Assembly: GCA_024679065.1 (NCBI GenBank)
Contig: JAGIQG010000043.1
Coordinates: forward strand, 1,178,001-1,242,000
Length of the DNA: 64,000 bases
Reading direction: 5' to 3'
DNA from: Sphyrna mokarran
Taxonomy: Eukaryota
Each line of letters begins with the position of its first letter. Positions within the stretch are counted from its first letter, which is position 1. Positions 40,370-52,904 of the stretch are shown here, piece by piece. The notes under the pieces are model-generated. The model searched no databases. It was not told where the DNA came from and was given only the letters and a program-made list of their open reading frames with translations. The translations under genes and the position numbers were made by a program.

Positions 40370-41067
40370 CTGATTTATATAAATTGGTATTAATCCAGAA
40401 ACTCACATGCCACAAACTCAATAGTCTTTCATGCTCAGGCGTTTGAAGAGTTCATCTCAATGCTTCTTAAATGTCGTGAGATTTTCCAACGTTACCCCAT
40501 TCAGGCAATGACTTCCATGTTCTTACTACCATCTGAGTGGAAATCATTTTCATCCCATCTGCTGTAAACTTCAAGCTCTTTAGCTTAAATCAATGTTCCA
40601 GGCTGTGCATTGTGTTTTTTCACTGCATCCCAAATACATATGACAATAATCAATTCAAAACGTATCCATGTACTCTATCAATGGTTTGTATTGTCTGTGT
40701 AATGTGCTTGGATCAAAATGTTTCGCTGTATCCCATTACATGTGAAAATAATAAATCAATCCACATCAACACGTTGGAGCCACACATATAGATATTGGAA
40801 ATTGGAACAGGGAGAAGGCAGTCCACTCTTCGATGCTTCTCTGGCAATTCATAACAGATGGCTAATTCAATCTCAGTCCTGAAAATGAACAGTTTTCTGG
40901 TCGTGGGGAGAATAAATTTTCAGCAGAGATTTGAGACAGTCAAAGTTGTTTTGGATTTACGTGGAAACACATTGGAGAAGGGACATGTTAGAACATTAGA
41001 CAGCTCTGCGTAAAGACTGACATTCGCATTAAATCGATGGTTTTAAGAAGTCATTGTGAATAGCTAC

Positions 41068-41373
41068 CTCTCTGAGATGAGACATTTCCGCTGAAAATTT
41101 TTTCTTTGAAGTTGATCTGAAGGGCGCAAGTACAGCGAGCGCCACTTCTCCAAGTTTCCGCCGGAAGACTAATGGAACTGCTGAAGGTGTAGGTGCCGTC
41201 CTGTTCTATTACCCCCGAATCGGTCAGTCCCGCGGTATCTCGCCCAGAAACATCCCAGCGGACGGAAATGGAATTGGGGGACAATCCTCTGATCAAACAC
41301 AGCAACGGGACCCTTTCCATAGCGGGAATCTGATGCAGCGGCGGGGTGAGGAGGACGACGGTGGGAGAATCCG
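41068..41373 (-). CDS. Gene B exon 3: Ig C1-set domain
   Basis: gatacag|ADSPTVVLLTPP...VPLLCLIRGL...VRW...DGTYTFSSSISL...WRSGARCTCAL...QR-G|gtagct. Read-through would end GSYSQ* at 41051. Confidence 0.93.
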
Positions 41374-41474
41374 CTGTATCCGGCAAAACAGAGGGAGCCC
41401 ATTAACAGATAGAACAGGACGCGTTTTTATTATTGTTGAAATGTTTACTTCTCAGGAAGAATGATAAAAATTAC

Positions 41475-41813
41475 CTCTAATTATTAACTTGGATCCATTT
41501 CCGAATACCAATGTTCCCTTTTTCAGATCGCGGATTGCACAGTAATACACCCCAGAATCGTTTCTCCGCGTATCTGTAATCAGCAGTGAATGTATAGCCA
41601 CTGTTTGAGAATTCGTATGTGCCAAGGCCTCGTATTCCTCGAGGTACTTGCCATGAATGGGAACCAATTTTATTTTGTTTCGCTCCGATTGTGTATACCA
41701 ATAGACTATAGTAGCTCCTGAATCCAGGATGCGGCAGTTCAGCTTAACACGGCTCCCCTCCTGAAGAGTTTGAACCGATGGAGATTGGGACAAGATAGAA
41801 TGAGACACAATGA
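41475..41813 (-). CDS. Gene B exon 2: germline-joined VJ domain
   Basis: ttcccag|VIVSHSILSQSP...EGSRVKLNC...YWY...DSGVYYCAIRDLKKGTLVFGNGSKLIIR-G|gtaatt; canonical FGxG. Confidence 0.95.
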
Positions 41814-42805
41814 CTGGGAAGGAGAGAGAGAGAAAGAACAAGAGTCATCACAAGTTATCCTGCCTGAAAACAGCTTTCGTCAAACAAATACCAATGTCGT
41901 AGCAAATCGAGAAACAACGACAAAAAATACGAGGTTCTCAACTCAGGAACGTTTAAAATCACGCTGATTATTGTCTTGTTTGCGTTGGTTTCTTCAGTGA
42001 CCAATCCGAGATTATTCACCAGAAAATCTAGCGTAAACATTGAAGTGGACACATGGGAACAGTAAGGATTAAATATATTGAAGTACTTCAGAATTCACAG
42101 CTATTTTGTCTCATTCAACACTTGTTCATTTTTTTTCTCTTCTGACTTCGGGCTCTTGACATTTCTTCAAGTGTTTAGATTGCCAGTTAAAAGACTACAA
42201 AACCCATTCCTCTCCACAATAGTGTAAATGAAGCCAACTAACTTACTTGATAACAATGACGTGATAATACGTTTTTATTTCCATGCAATTCATTGATAGT
42301 TACATGACATTTTCCACTGTGTTGCAGAGTTAATGTCAGTCTACTTGCGACACTAATAGGTAAACTTTAATACATTTGTGGTTAAGTAAATCTTGCATGC
42401 TGAGTTTCATCTTACAGTTCTGCACGTCTGGGAGGGAGACCACTCGGGTCCTTCGTGTCAGTGTTGGAGCTTCGAAAGACTTATCCCATTGGTCACTCGC
42501 CCTCTTCTTTCCCACTAATATCACAACTAACCTTGGTCCCTTGATTCATTTCTCCAATCCCCCATTTTTTTAAAAGTTTCTGTTGAATCTGCTTTCACCA
42601 CCTTTTCAGGCAGGACGTCCACATCATAACAATTTACTACATTAAAGAAAAATACATTCATGACCCCCTCCTTACAATTACCGATCATCTTCCACATTTT
42701 TGTTTTCTGTGGTTATCAACTAAACTGGAATTGGAAACTGTTCATTGTTAATGAGCAAATGTAAATTCTTCTCCACTCTATCTGAATATAATGAGGATAT
42801 CTCAC

Positions 42806-42848
42806 CTTGGAACAGATGGAACAATGCGCAGATGCCGAGGAAACTCAT
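42806..42848 (-). CDS. Gene B exon 1: leader
   Basis: MSFLGICALFHLFQ-G|gtgaga; phase 1, in frame with the V exon; conserved in the paralogue at 740-782. Confidence 0.85.
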
Positions 42849-43882
42849 CGTCCTTGACCCAAACGGCGACACTCCGAGTCCCCGGTCCGAATCTCACTGA
42901 GAACTCGTTCTTTTTCTCTCTGTGTGAGGGGGAGTGAAATTTCCGTCCTGTGTATGTTACCAAACGCACGGTTGTGGTTGTAAAATTGCACCAAGGCAGA
43001 CAGCTGTCTGTCGTTTTCCTGTTTATTAATTGTCAATGTGCTGGCGTACGCTGAGCATACTTTGCTAAATACCACAGTTATCTACTCAGAGTAGTTAAGA
43101 CAGACTTGGAGAGCAAAGCATGGTTCTTCAAAATCTGATAAGGTTAAAGTGACAATAGGAACGTTACTCTAAATACTTCACAAGTGTTGTAGCAGAACTG
43201 ACAACTCCAAAATATCAGGGAATATTGAATAGGGTGAAGCCCGTTTCTCTAAAACAAGTGAAGATTGAGGCATGACAGGAAATAGACGGTGCCAGTATGA
43301 AATTGTTGATAGAACATGTACGATTTCAAATGAATTCATCACCATTTTAAAATAGCGACCGATAAATGCAATGGAGAATTCAGAGATTGAAGGAAATATG
43401 ATCTGATTTAATTTGAATGTATTTGATTTATTATGGCCACGTATTAGGAAATAGTGAATAGTATTGCTTCCTGCAAGCTATACAGAAAAAAAAAACAAAA
43501 TGTATGTCGAGTTCACACACATTTTGTCACATGTATTGGCAGTGGTACGGTGATAGTAGCACGGTCTCAGAATGATTAGCACTGTTGTCTCCCAGCTGCA
43601 GTGACCTGGATTCGATTCCCAGGACGGGCCACTGTCCGTGTGGAATTTGCACATTCTCCCTGTATATGCGTGGGTTTCCTCCACGTGCACCGCTTTCCTG
43701 CCAAAGTCCACGTGTGCGTCGGTTAGGTGGATTGGCCGTGCTAAATTCTCCATGGTGACAGGCAGACTTGCCAGAATAAATACACTGGGTTACAGGGATA
43801 GGGCCTGCGTGGGATTGCTGTCAGTGCAGACTTGATGTGCCGAATGGCCTCCTTTTGTGCTGTAGGGATTCTATGATTCTAT

Positions 43883-44720
43883 GTGACTTGGACAAGTTGC
43901 AGAGCTGGGCCGAGAGGTGGCAAATGGAGTTTAATGTGGAAAAGTGTGAGGTAATGCACTTTGGCAGGAACAATAAATGTGTAGAGTATAGGGCTAATGG
44001 TAGGGCTCTTAATAGTGTTGAGGAACAGAAGGATCTTGGTGTATGTGTCAATAGATCCCTGAAAGTAGGCAGTCAAGTGGATAAAGTTGTTAAGAAGGCA
44101 TATGGAGTCTTAGCTTTTATTGGTAGGGGGATTGAATTTAGGAGCCGCAGCATCATGTTGCAACTGTACAAAACTCTAGTGCGGCCGCACTTGGAGTATT
44201 GTGTGCAGTTCTGGTCCCCACATTATAAGAAAGATGTGGAGGCATTGGAGAGGGTACAGAGGAGGTTTACCAGGATGTTGCCTGGTATGGAGGGCAGGTC
44301 CTATGAAGAGAGGTTGAAGGATTTGAGGTTGTTTTCGTTAGAAAGGAGGCGGCTAAGAGGGGATCTTATTGAAGCATATAAGATGATTAGAGGTTTAGAT
44401 AGGGTGGACAGTGATAGCCTTTTTCCTAGGATGGAGAAAGCTAGCACGAGGGGACACAGCTTTAAATTAAGGGGTATAGTTATAGGACGGATATCAGAGG
44501 TAGGTTCTTTACCCAAAGAGTGATTAGGGAGTGGAATGCCCTGCCTGCAGCAGTTGTAGATGCGCCAAGTTTGGTGGCGTTTAAGAGGTTAGTTGATAAG
44601 TATATGGAAGAGAAGGGAATGGTTTAGTTTGGAGGGGCATTGCTTTTTATTTTGGTCGGCACAACATCGAAGGCCGAAGGGCCTGTTCTGTGCTGTATTG
44701 TTCTATGTTCTATGTTCTAT
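43883..44720 (+). mobile_element. 5'-truncated young CR1
   Basis: ORF 43837-44523 is the RT C-terminus; (TTCTATG)n tail. Confidence 0.93.
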
Positions 44721-47636
44721 ATGATCTATGTTCTGTGATTATGATTTGATGTCGTTCATTATGTTCACGTTTATTGTTGTGTAGTGAAAAGATGGTTTTC
44801 TCAAACGTTATACGGACAAACTAACTGTTCCTAGAGTATATAAAGGAGAAGGAAACAAAAGGATGTAGAATATAGCAGTCATAGTTCGGGTGCAGAGAGA
44901 GGTCAGTTTCATATATGGCAGCTCCATCCAAAACACTGTTGGCAGGCAAGGATGTGAGATGCTGTTTTAGAGACTGTTGGTACATGGTTTCAGAATGTTG
45001 TATCATTTTAACTATCGGAACTAGAATCGGGAATGGCTGAGATGAATGACACTAATGAATTTAATTGAAAAGTAGGGGAGGGGGGAGTAACAGGGAGAAA
45101 AAAAGGTAGGCTTTGTTGATGGGGTGACAGGACAGACATTATGATGAGGCATGTATGGAATATTAACTACAACACCAAGCTGATGGGCTGAACGATCCCC
45201 TTCTGTGATTTTCATCTTATGTAATTGTGATATATGAATTGATAGCTTTGCAGATCTATGATACTGAAGGACCGTTAGCATGGCCTCTTCACTTTGTGTG
45301 GTCTGCAACAGGACATGTTTTTCAATGTGTCAGTAAGTTTATAGTAGTCCTGCTTAATATAGAAACAATCACCAGCACAGGATGTTTCATGGCGCTTTAC
45401 ACTAAGTGAAACATATTTTGAACTGTAGCTACATTTCTCCTTTGTTCACAGTAACAGACTTGTCCAAAATTAAATCCCAAGAACAGAAATTTGACAATGA
45501 CTTGATAGGCTGACTTTCAGCTATGATCACCTCTGTTCATTCGTGGCCATGACCGTCATTGGCTGGCCGCGATTTATTGTTCATCTTTTTTTGCTCTTGG
45601 CGCGCAGTTGCGAGGAAACGACATTGCTCTGGAGTTACATGTAGGCCAGACCAGGTTAGGGCGGCAAATTCCTTCCCCAAACGTCAATATTAAATAATGT
45701 GTGTTTTACAACAATCGACAATAAACAATAGATGCTAATATCAATTTTTTAAAAAATAGAGCAGTATAACAGAATAATAGGCCTTTGTCCATGATATTGT
45801 ACCGATCACGACGCCAAATTAAACGTATGCCTTCCAGCTGACTGTAGTCCATATCTCTCTATTCCTTTCATGTAAGTGTGCCGATTTAAAGCCACTGAAA
45901 TGCTGCAATCAAATATCTCTCTTCATCACCAACCCGGTCAGCGCTTTCCAGAAAATTGTCACTGTGCAAAAACTTACTGCTCACAGCTCGTTTGCAATTC
46001 CCCCTTTCATCTTCTGGTTTCATCCCAACAATAGTCGATATTTACAATAGTTACAATCCTGGGGAAAGATTCTAAATGTCAACCGTATCTATGCCTATTA
46101 TAATTTCATCGGCTTCAATGAGGACTTCCCTCAGCCTTCGCCACCCTAGAGCAAATATCTGCCGTGGCAGGAATTGAACCTGGCTCCTGAGAAAATTAGT
46201 TATATTTTCTGGATTATTCATTTAACAATAGTAGCAAGAGGTCATCCGCTCTTTCTTGGCAATAAGTAAATATTAGTCTCGAACCTCGGCCTTGTTCTCT
46301 TTTGCCGTAGGGTCATTTTGCACTTTTACTTTCCAGCAGAGTGACAGGCAGGGCATAATCTGAATGAACAACATCATCTCACTGAAAGTGCAGCTTCCTT
46401 TCGGTACTGCACGGGATTATCTGCCGACGGCTCAGGAACGAAATTGAGAATAGCAATCTGTGCGCACTAACTACTTCGGAAATTAGATTGGAATCAATTC
46501 TGGTCTCTTTCACATCCATCAATTTCCATTACTCCAACATTGCCTAATTTTTAATCAGCTGACACAGACCTCAGCTCTGTGATTCTCTTCCTCAATCGCT
46601 CAGACACTCTCGAACTTTGGGATGATCATTAAACTTAATTCACTGACGAATCTTCTGCCCACCTGCCACATATATCCATGAAGCATTTTGGAGTCAAATC
46701 GTGATGATTCATTTTAGAGTGAAGCTTCTGATAATGTGGGCATTTGCTGCATAATGTGGATGAATGTGAGATCATCCACTTTTGTACAAAAATAGGAATT
46801 GAGAGGTGCAAATTCAGCGCGACCGTGTTGCCTTCGGGCATCAGTCGCTGAAAGTAAGCATAAATTTACTGCAACACTAAAGAAGGCAGATGACATGCTG
46901 GCCTTCATAGCAAGAGTAAAGGGATGTTTTATCAGAATTATACAGGGTATCTGTGAGGCCAATCTTTTACTACTGTGTGCAGTTTTGCTGGCTTTATTTG
47001 AGGAAGGAAATCCTTGCAATAGGGGGACTATAGCCAACGTTTTCCAGGCTGATTCTCGGGTTGAAAGACGAGGAGCAGCTATATCATTCGGGGTTATATT
47101 CATTGGATTTTAGAAGAGTGAAAAGGGATATTTTATAAAATGATAAACAAAAAGAAAATCTCAAAGGATTAGATAGGATCAGGCAGGAAGAAGCTACTCA
47201 ATGGTAGGGGAGACAAGAACTATCGGTCATATTTTGCGAAAAAGGACTAAACCTTTTAAGACTGGCATTAGGAAAAATACATTCTCTCGGAGAGTTGTGA
47301 ATGTGTGGAATACACTACCACAGAAACTGGCATGAAGCCAAAAATTGTGTGATTGCAAAGAGAAATTAGATACTACCCTTGGGGCTCAAGGAATTCAGGG
47401 ATATATGGGTTAGGCGGGATAAGCGTTTTGCATTTGATGATTACTGATGATCAAAATGAATAGCAGAGCTGGCTTGAAAGACAGAATAGCTTCTATTTTC
47501 TATGTCTGTCCGTAATCACGCTAACGTTCTGCTTTAGAGCCATTTTAAGCGTATAGAATAATAGAATGCGCTGTTAGCCATTGGTCTGAACGCCAATTTT
47601 CAATTTGACAATGATAATAAAAGGCAAATTGTTTCT

Positions 47637-49190
47637 TATACTTTATGTCCCGGAGGACTTAAGGAGTGGTTCTGGAAATAGTGGATGAACTGCTGATCAT
47701 CTTTGAGGATTTTATAGACTCTGGAAAACTCCCCGTAGATTGGAGGAATGTGACTCCAATATTCAAAAGGATGGAGAGAAAACAGGGAATTTAGATCCGT
47801 GAGGCTAACATCAGTACTGGGGATTTTATTTTTCGAATCCATTATCAAGGATTTTATAGCGCAGCATTTAGAAAGCAGTGGTTGCATCAGCCAGAGTCAG
47901 TATAGATATATGAAGAGGAAATGTGTATGTGTCAATAGATCCCTGAAAGTAGGCAGTCAAGTGGATAAAGTTGTTAAGAAGGCATATGGAGTCTTAGCTT
48001 TTATTGGTAGGGGGATTGAATTTAGGAGCCGCAGCATCATGTTGCAACTGTACAAAACTCTAGTGCGGCCGCACTTGGAGTATTGTGTGCAGTTCTGGTC
48101 GCCACATTATAAGAAAGATGTGGAGGCATTGGAGAGGGTACAGAGGAGGTTTACCAGGATGTTGCCTGGTATGGAGGCAGGTCCTATGAAGAGAGGTTGA
48201 AGGATTTGAGGTTGTTTTCGTTAGAAAGGAGGCGGCTAAGAGGGGATCTTATTGAAGCATATAAGATGATTAGAGGTTTAGATAGGGTAGACAGTGATAG
48301 CCTTTTTCCTAGGATGGAGAAAGCTAGCACGAGGGGACACAGCTTTAAATTAAGGGGTATGAGTTATAGGACGGATATCAGAGGTAGGTTCTTTACTCAA
48401 AGAGTGATTAGGGAGTGGAATGCCCTGCCTGCAGCTGTTGTAGATGCGCCAAGTTTGGTGGCGTTTAAGAGGTTAGTTGATAAGTATATGGAAGAGAAGG
48501 GAATGGTTTAGTTTGGAGGGGCATTGCTTTTTATTTTGGTCGGCACAACATCGAAGGCCGAAGGGCCTGTTCTGTGCTGTATTGTTCTATGTTCTATGTT
48601 CTAAATCATGATTACCAAATCTGTTGGAATTCTTTGAAGACGTCATACTGGAGTTGACACGGGTGCGGGCGGTGGGGTGGGGGCGGCTAATTCGGTGGGA
48701 ATGGCGGAACTGATGAATGAGGAAATATTTACTAATTTGGGATTGTTTTCGGTGGAGTTCGAAGAATGGATGGGCGGGGGGGGGGGGGGGACGCGGTAGG
48801 GGGGGGGGGGGTGCGGGGGAATCTCATAGAAATTCAAAAAAAAATCTAACAGGACCAGGCAGATTAGATGTAGGGAGGGTGTTCCCAATGCTAGGGGAAT
48901 CCAGAGCCTAGTGATTCGAGGTAGATTATTTTGGGCGGAGCATTAAAAGAACATTCCTTCAGTCAAAGATTGTTGAGCTTGTGGAATTAATTGCTACAGG
49001 AAGTCATTCATGCCAAAATATTGAATGCATTCAAGAAGTGGCTCAATGTAGCACTTGGGGCAAATGGGACCAATAGATTTGGGGAGAAAACACTCCTGCT
49101 ATTGAGTTAAGCGATGAGCCATGATGACGGAGCAGTTCGAAGGGCAAAATGGTCTCTTCCTGCTCTTACATTCTTTGTTTATGTGTAAAA
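47637..49190 (+). mobile_element. Older CR1 fragment with a nested young CR1 (47921-48603)
   Basis: The RT remnant ...atgaagaggaaat resumes as aaatcatg...accaaatctg after the young copy. The whole block is absent from the left paralogue at ~13205. Confidence 0.85.
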
Positions 49191-52100
49191 TGATAAATTG
49201 GCAATTGCGACCGCATAACGAGAACTGAATAACCTTGTTCATGAGTTACAACACGTAAGTGCAGCAAACAAGTCGGAACACTTCGATGTTTTGGGGGAAT
49301 AAATCGCAAGGAGATTATTTTCCACTTATAATTTCGGCATTTGTATAGGGCCTTGCTGAGACCTTGCCAAGACTTTTATGTTTAGTTCTAGTCCTCTTCG
49401 CTCAGCTCTGACGTACGTTTGTGCAATGGGTGTTTAGCAGATCAATGATGTGGGTAGAGATTTGTTTGAGGAGAGATTGATGGCACATAAATCTGACAAT
49501 TTTGAAGAATGAGGCGATTTCTCATTGTTGCAGATACAAGATTAGAGGCGAACTCGCTGGAATCTTTTAAAAGACTTCCGGATGATTATATGGGAACTAA
49601 TGGGATAAGGGGTTATAGGTAGGTCTGTGGCTTGGTAGGTATAGATGTGATCGGCGCAACTCGTGGGCCGAAGGACCTTTTTGTGCTATAGATTCTATGT
49701 TCCGTGTTCTATGTAACTCTGACAGTGTGCAATAAGGTGGATATGGATAATGTGACCTGTGGTTGGTGAGTCAATTACCTGGAAGTGTGATATAAAGATG
49801 TGGAATGGACATTTTGAACAGGGAAGATAAGGAAGATATTCATTATAATGAATCTTAGGAATATTCTACACGAGAAAGTTTCCAAAATGGAATCATTGGA
49901 AATGTTCAATGCCAAAGCCACTAACTTCTAGCGATGAATAACATCAAGAGAAATTGAGATCATGCTCGAAAGTATGGATGCGGTCGGTAATCATTCTGGA
50001 TCTCGTGGAATATCAATACCATGGGATTGGGTTATTTCTTCTTTGCCATCTCGATATGTTGAAATTTCTCTTCTTTCTTCTCTTTTCCAACGTCCAGTTT
50101 CCCTTTGTCTTTTCTGAAACAGCAGCACCACTCACTCCGCACCAATGACTTTTCCAGAGCACTGCATTTACTTCGTGTCAAAAAATGTTCCAATTTTGAT
50201 TTGAAAGCATGATTCAAGAGGCCCCTATCACAGCCTCAGTTAGCGCAATCCGGATCTTAAACATTGGCTATGTGGAATAAAGTGAATTTTACATAATTAT
50301 GTTGTTTCTGCTGGAGGTAAAACATCTTTCATTGATGTCCTGCAGTTTGCATAACCATTTTTAATAGAAAAAGTTGGAGCGCAAATTGGAAGGTCTAGCA
50401 GTAGTTTCAGAAGTTGAACTTCCGTGCTGTAAAAGTAAAATCTCAGAATAATTTGTGCAATGGCACAAGAGCTTCCTGAAATATTAACTCTCTACACAAC
50501 ATTGCTTGGGCTGTTAAATGCAAGTAAGTGCAACTTTGGAGCAAAATGTGTTGAAACCACAGTTCGACAACTGAAGGAAAGTTTGAAAACGAATGTGTGC
50601 AACGGATGTGACACATGCTAATCAGACACAGATCCAGAAATTGTCTCAGCTCGAAATTGAAAAAGGAACTGTATTCAGAATAATCCAAACCCTTCTCGTT
50701 ATTATGAACTGGTAGACACAATAAATAAGGATCGAGAATTACCATTGCGTTCTGGATTATACTGGTGTGTCCCCATGACTGTTGTTCATATAATTATCTC
50801 ACATGATTAAAGTCCAGACATGAAACTACTTTACTTTTCTTCATTCCTGGGACATGGGTGTTGCTGTCAGGCCAGCATCTATTGCCCATCATTAGTTGGC
50901 TGAGGACAATTGAGACTCAACTGCATTGCAGTGGTTCTGGAGTTAAATGCAGGCCAGATCAAGTAAGGACGACAGATTTCCATCTCTAAAGGACATTGAT
51001 TTTGATGATCAACCATGACCATAGTGAATGGCTGTGTAGACTCGAAGGGCACAATGGTCTACTTCTGGTTCTAGTTCCTTTATTGTTATTTTTCCATGAC
51101 TGGTTGACAGATAAGATCACCCAGTATCAGAATCATCTCTACCTAACCCAAGAACATGGGAACATTAGAGAGCACAAAGACTGTCTCAACCACCAACCTC
51201 CCTCCCCCAACCTCTGGCCCACAGCCCCCGCCATCCCTCCTCCTGATAAAGCTGTTTTACAACCTATATGAGACTGCTCGGGAATGACTGATCCCGCCTT
51301 TAACTTGTTCACGTTCCTTTCTAACACAGTTATATCAAACGCAGATATACAACTATTTTTTTCTTTGATCTGAATCATTATTAAAAATGGCAAAGGTATC
51401 TAATCGTCACCGATGAAGAGCACTGATCACAGCACGCGAACCATTTTGTTCAGATCCTCATCCCCCATCCCCTCAATCAGTTTCCAATCGCAATGTGAAA
51501 ATTCTTATTCCATGCAATGCTGAGTTTGCCAATAATTTTAATCCATAATTTTTAATCCATAGGTCTATAAACATGGACAGGGATCGCGGGTACAGGTGGC
51601 AACATCGGGGTGGCGGTGCGGGCTCGTTGGGCCGAAGGGCCTGTTCCCCGTGCTGTTTTTGTTCTTTGTTCCATAATGGGTTATGCTGTACGTTGCTGAC
51701 TATCTTGTGGGAGAACCATGCCTATTATTATTGAATCTCCATTGCTAATGAAGATCATTTGGCCCATTAAGATTACACCGAAAACATTCTCACCCAGGCC
51801 CTATTCATGTAACATTACATATTTATCTTCCGAATTCCCCTGTCACTAAGAGGCAATTTACAATGATGAAGCAGCTTCGACTGCAAAATTTTGGACTGTA
51901 AGATTAAATCCGAGCACCCGCTCTGCTTTCTAATCCAAATGCTAAGCGCTGTGCCACTGTTCATTCGCAGAGACTTTCTGGTCTATCTGTTTAACAACTT
52001 TCCTAAGATTTTCAACTATATTAGTCCGAGTTCTACTTTAATGGAGTTATATTGGCCCTTTCTACTCAGTTCATTTCAGCAGAATATTTATTCACATATT

Positions 52101-52904
52101 CATTCATTCATTCATAATATTTATTCATTAGATTATAATAATATCTGATGATACAGGCATGTGGTTCCCTGTTTCGATTTCCGTTGTAACTCTAACCCTG
52201 ATTGACTGAGTAAGTGGCATGTACAGTATCATTTTCAAAGATGCGAAACTATCCAATAGAATGGAAGAATCTAAAAATGAGGATATTTCTAATGCTTGAA
52301 GAAATGAATGGGTGGCACGGTGACAGAGTGTTTTGCACTGTTGCCTCACAGCGCCACCCCCCGGTCTCGAACAAGACCTTGGCTTACAATCTGTGTGAAA
52401 TGTGCTCGATTTTCCCGTGTTTGCGTCGGCTTCCCGCCGTGTTCCAATTTCTGCCCACATTCGAAACATGTGTAGATTTTATTGCTTGACCATGCTCAAT
52501 TTTCCCTGAGTGTCAGGGACATTTTCAGAGTAAATAATGGAGTTACTAAAATAGGACCAGGCATTGCAGTTCGATGGACTAAATTCCTACTTTCTGCACT
52601 GCAGGGATTTTGTCACTTTATGATTCAGATACATTGAATGTTTTCGTGCGATGCAGTACAGAACATTTACCAGCAGGCATGTCAAGCAATTTGGAAAACA
52701 AAAACTTCCATTGTTGAGATATATTACGGTAGTTGTTGAAAGAAATGCTTCCTTTTAGCATACCACACATTGAGATTATTCCAGCAATACTGAATGCCGT
52801 TTAGTTCGCTTTTCCCGGGGAAAGTGGCATTTGCCTTCGAGGTGAGATTTCAATAGACTGATCTCTGGCAGGCAAGCTTTCTCCTGCCTTGAGAGGCATG
52901 TTGT

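Larger units (their letters stand above)
42790..52890 (+). repeat. Segmental duplication, right copy (paralogous to ~720-17800)
   Basis: See left copy; the two differ by copy-specific CR1 and SINE insertions. Confidence 0.85.

Noticed and set aside
30425-41813. Calling the genes rearranging TCR or IgL segments, or giving them a gene symbol
   Set aside because: No heptamer-spacer-nonamer beside the V exons, and the J-like strand is already in the exon. A lacks a charged TM and has a long tail. Orthology needs a phylogeny I cannot run.
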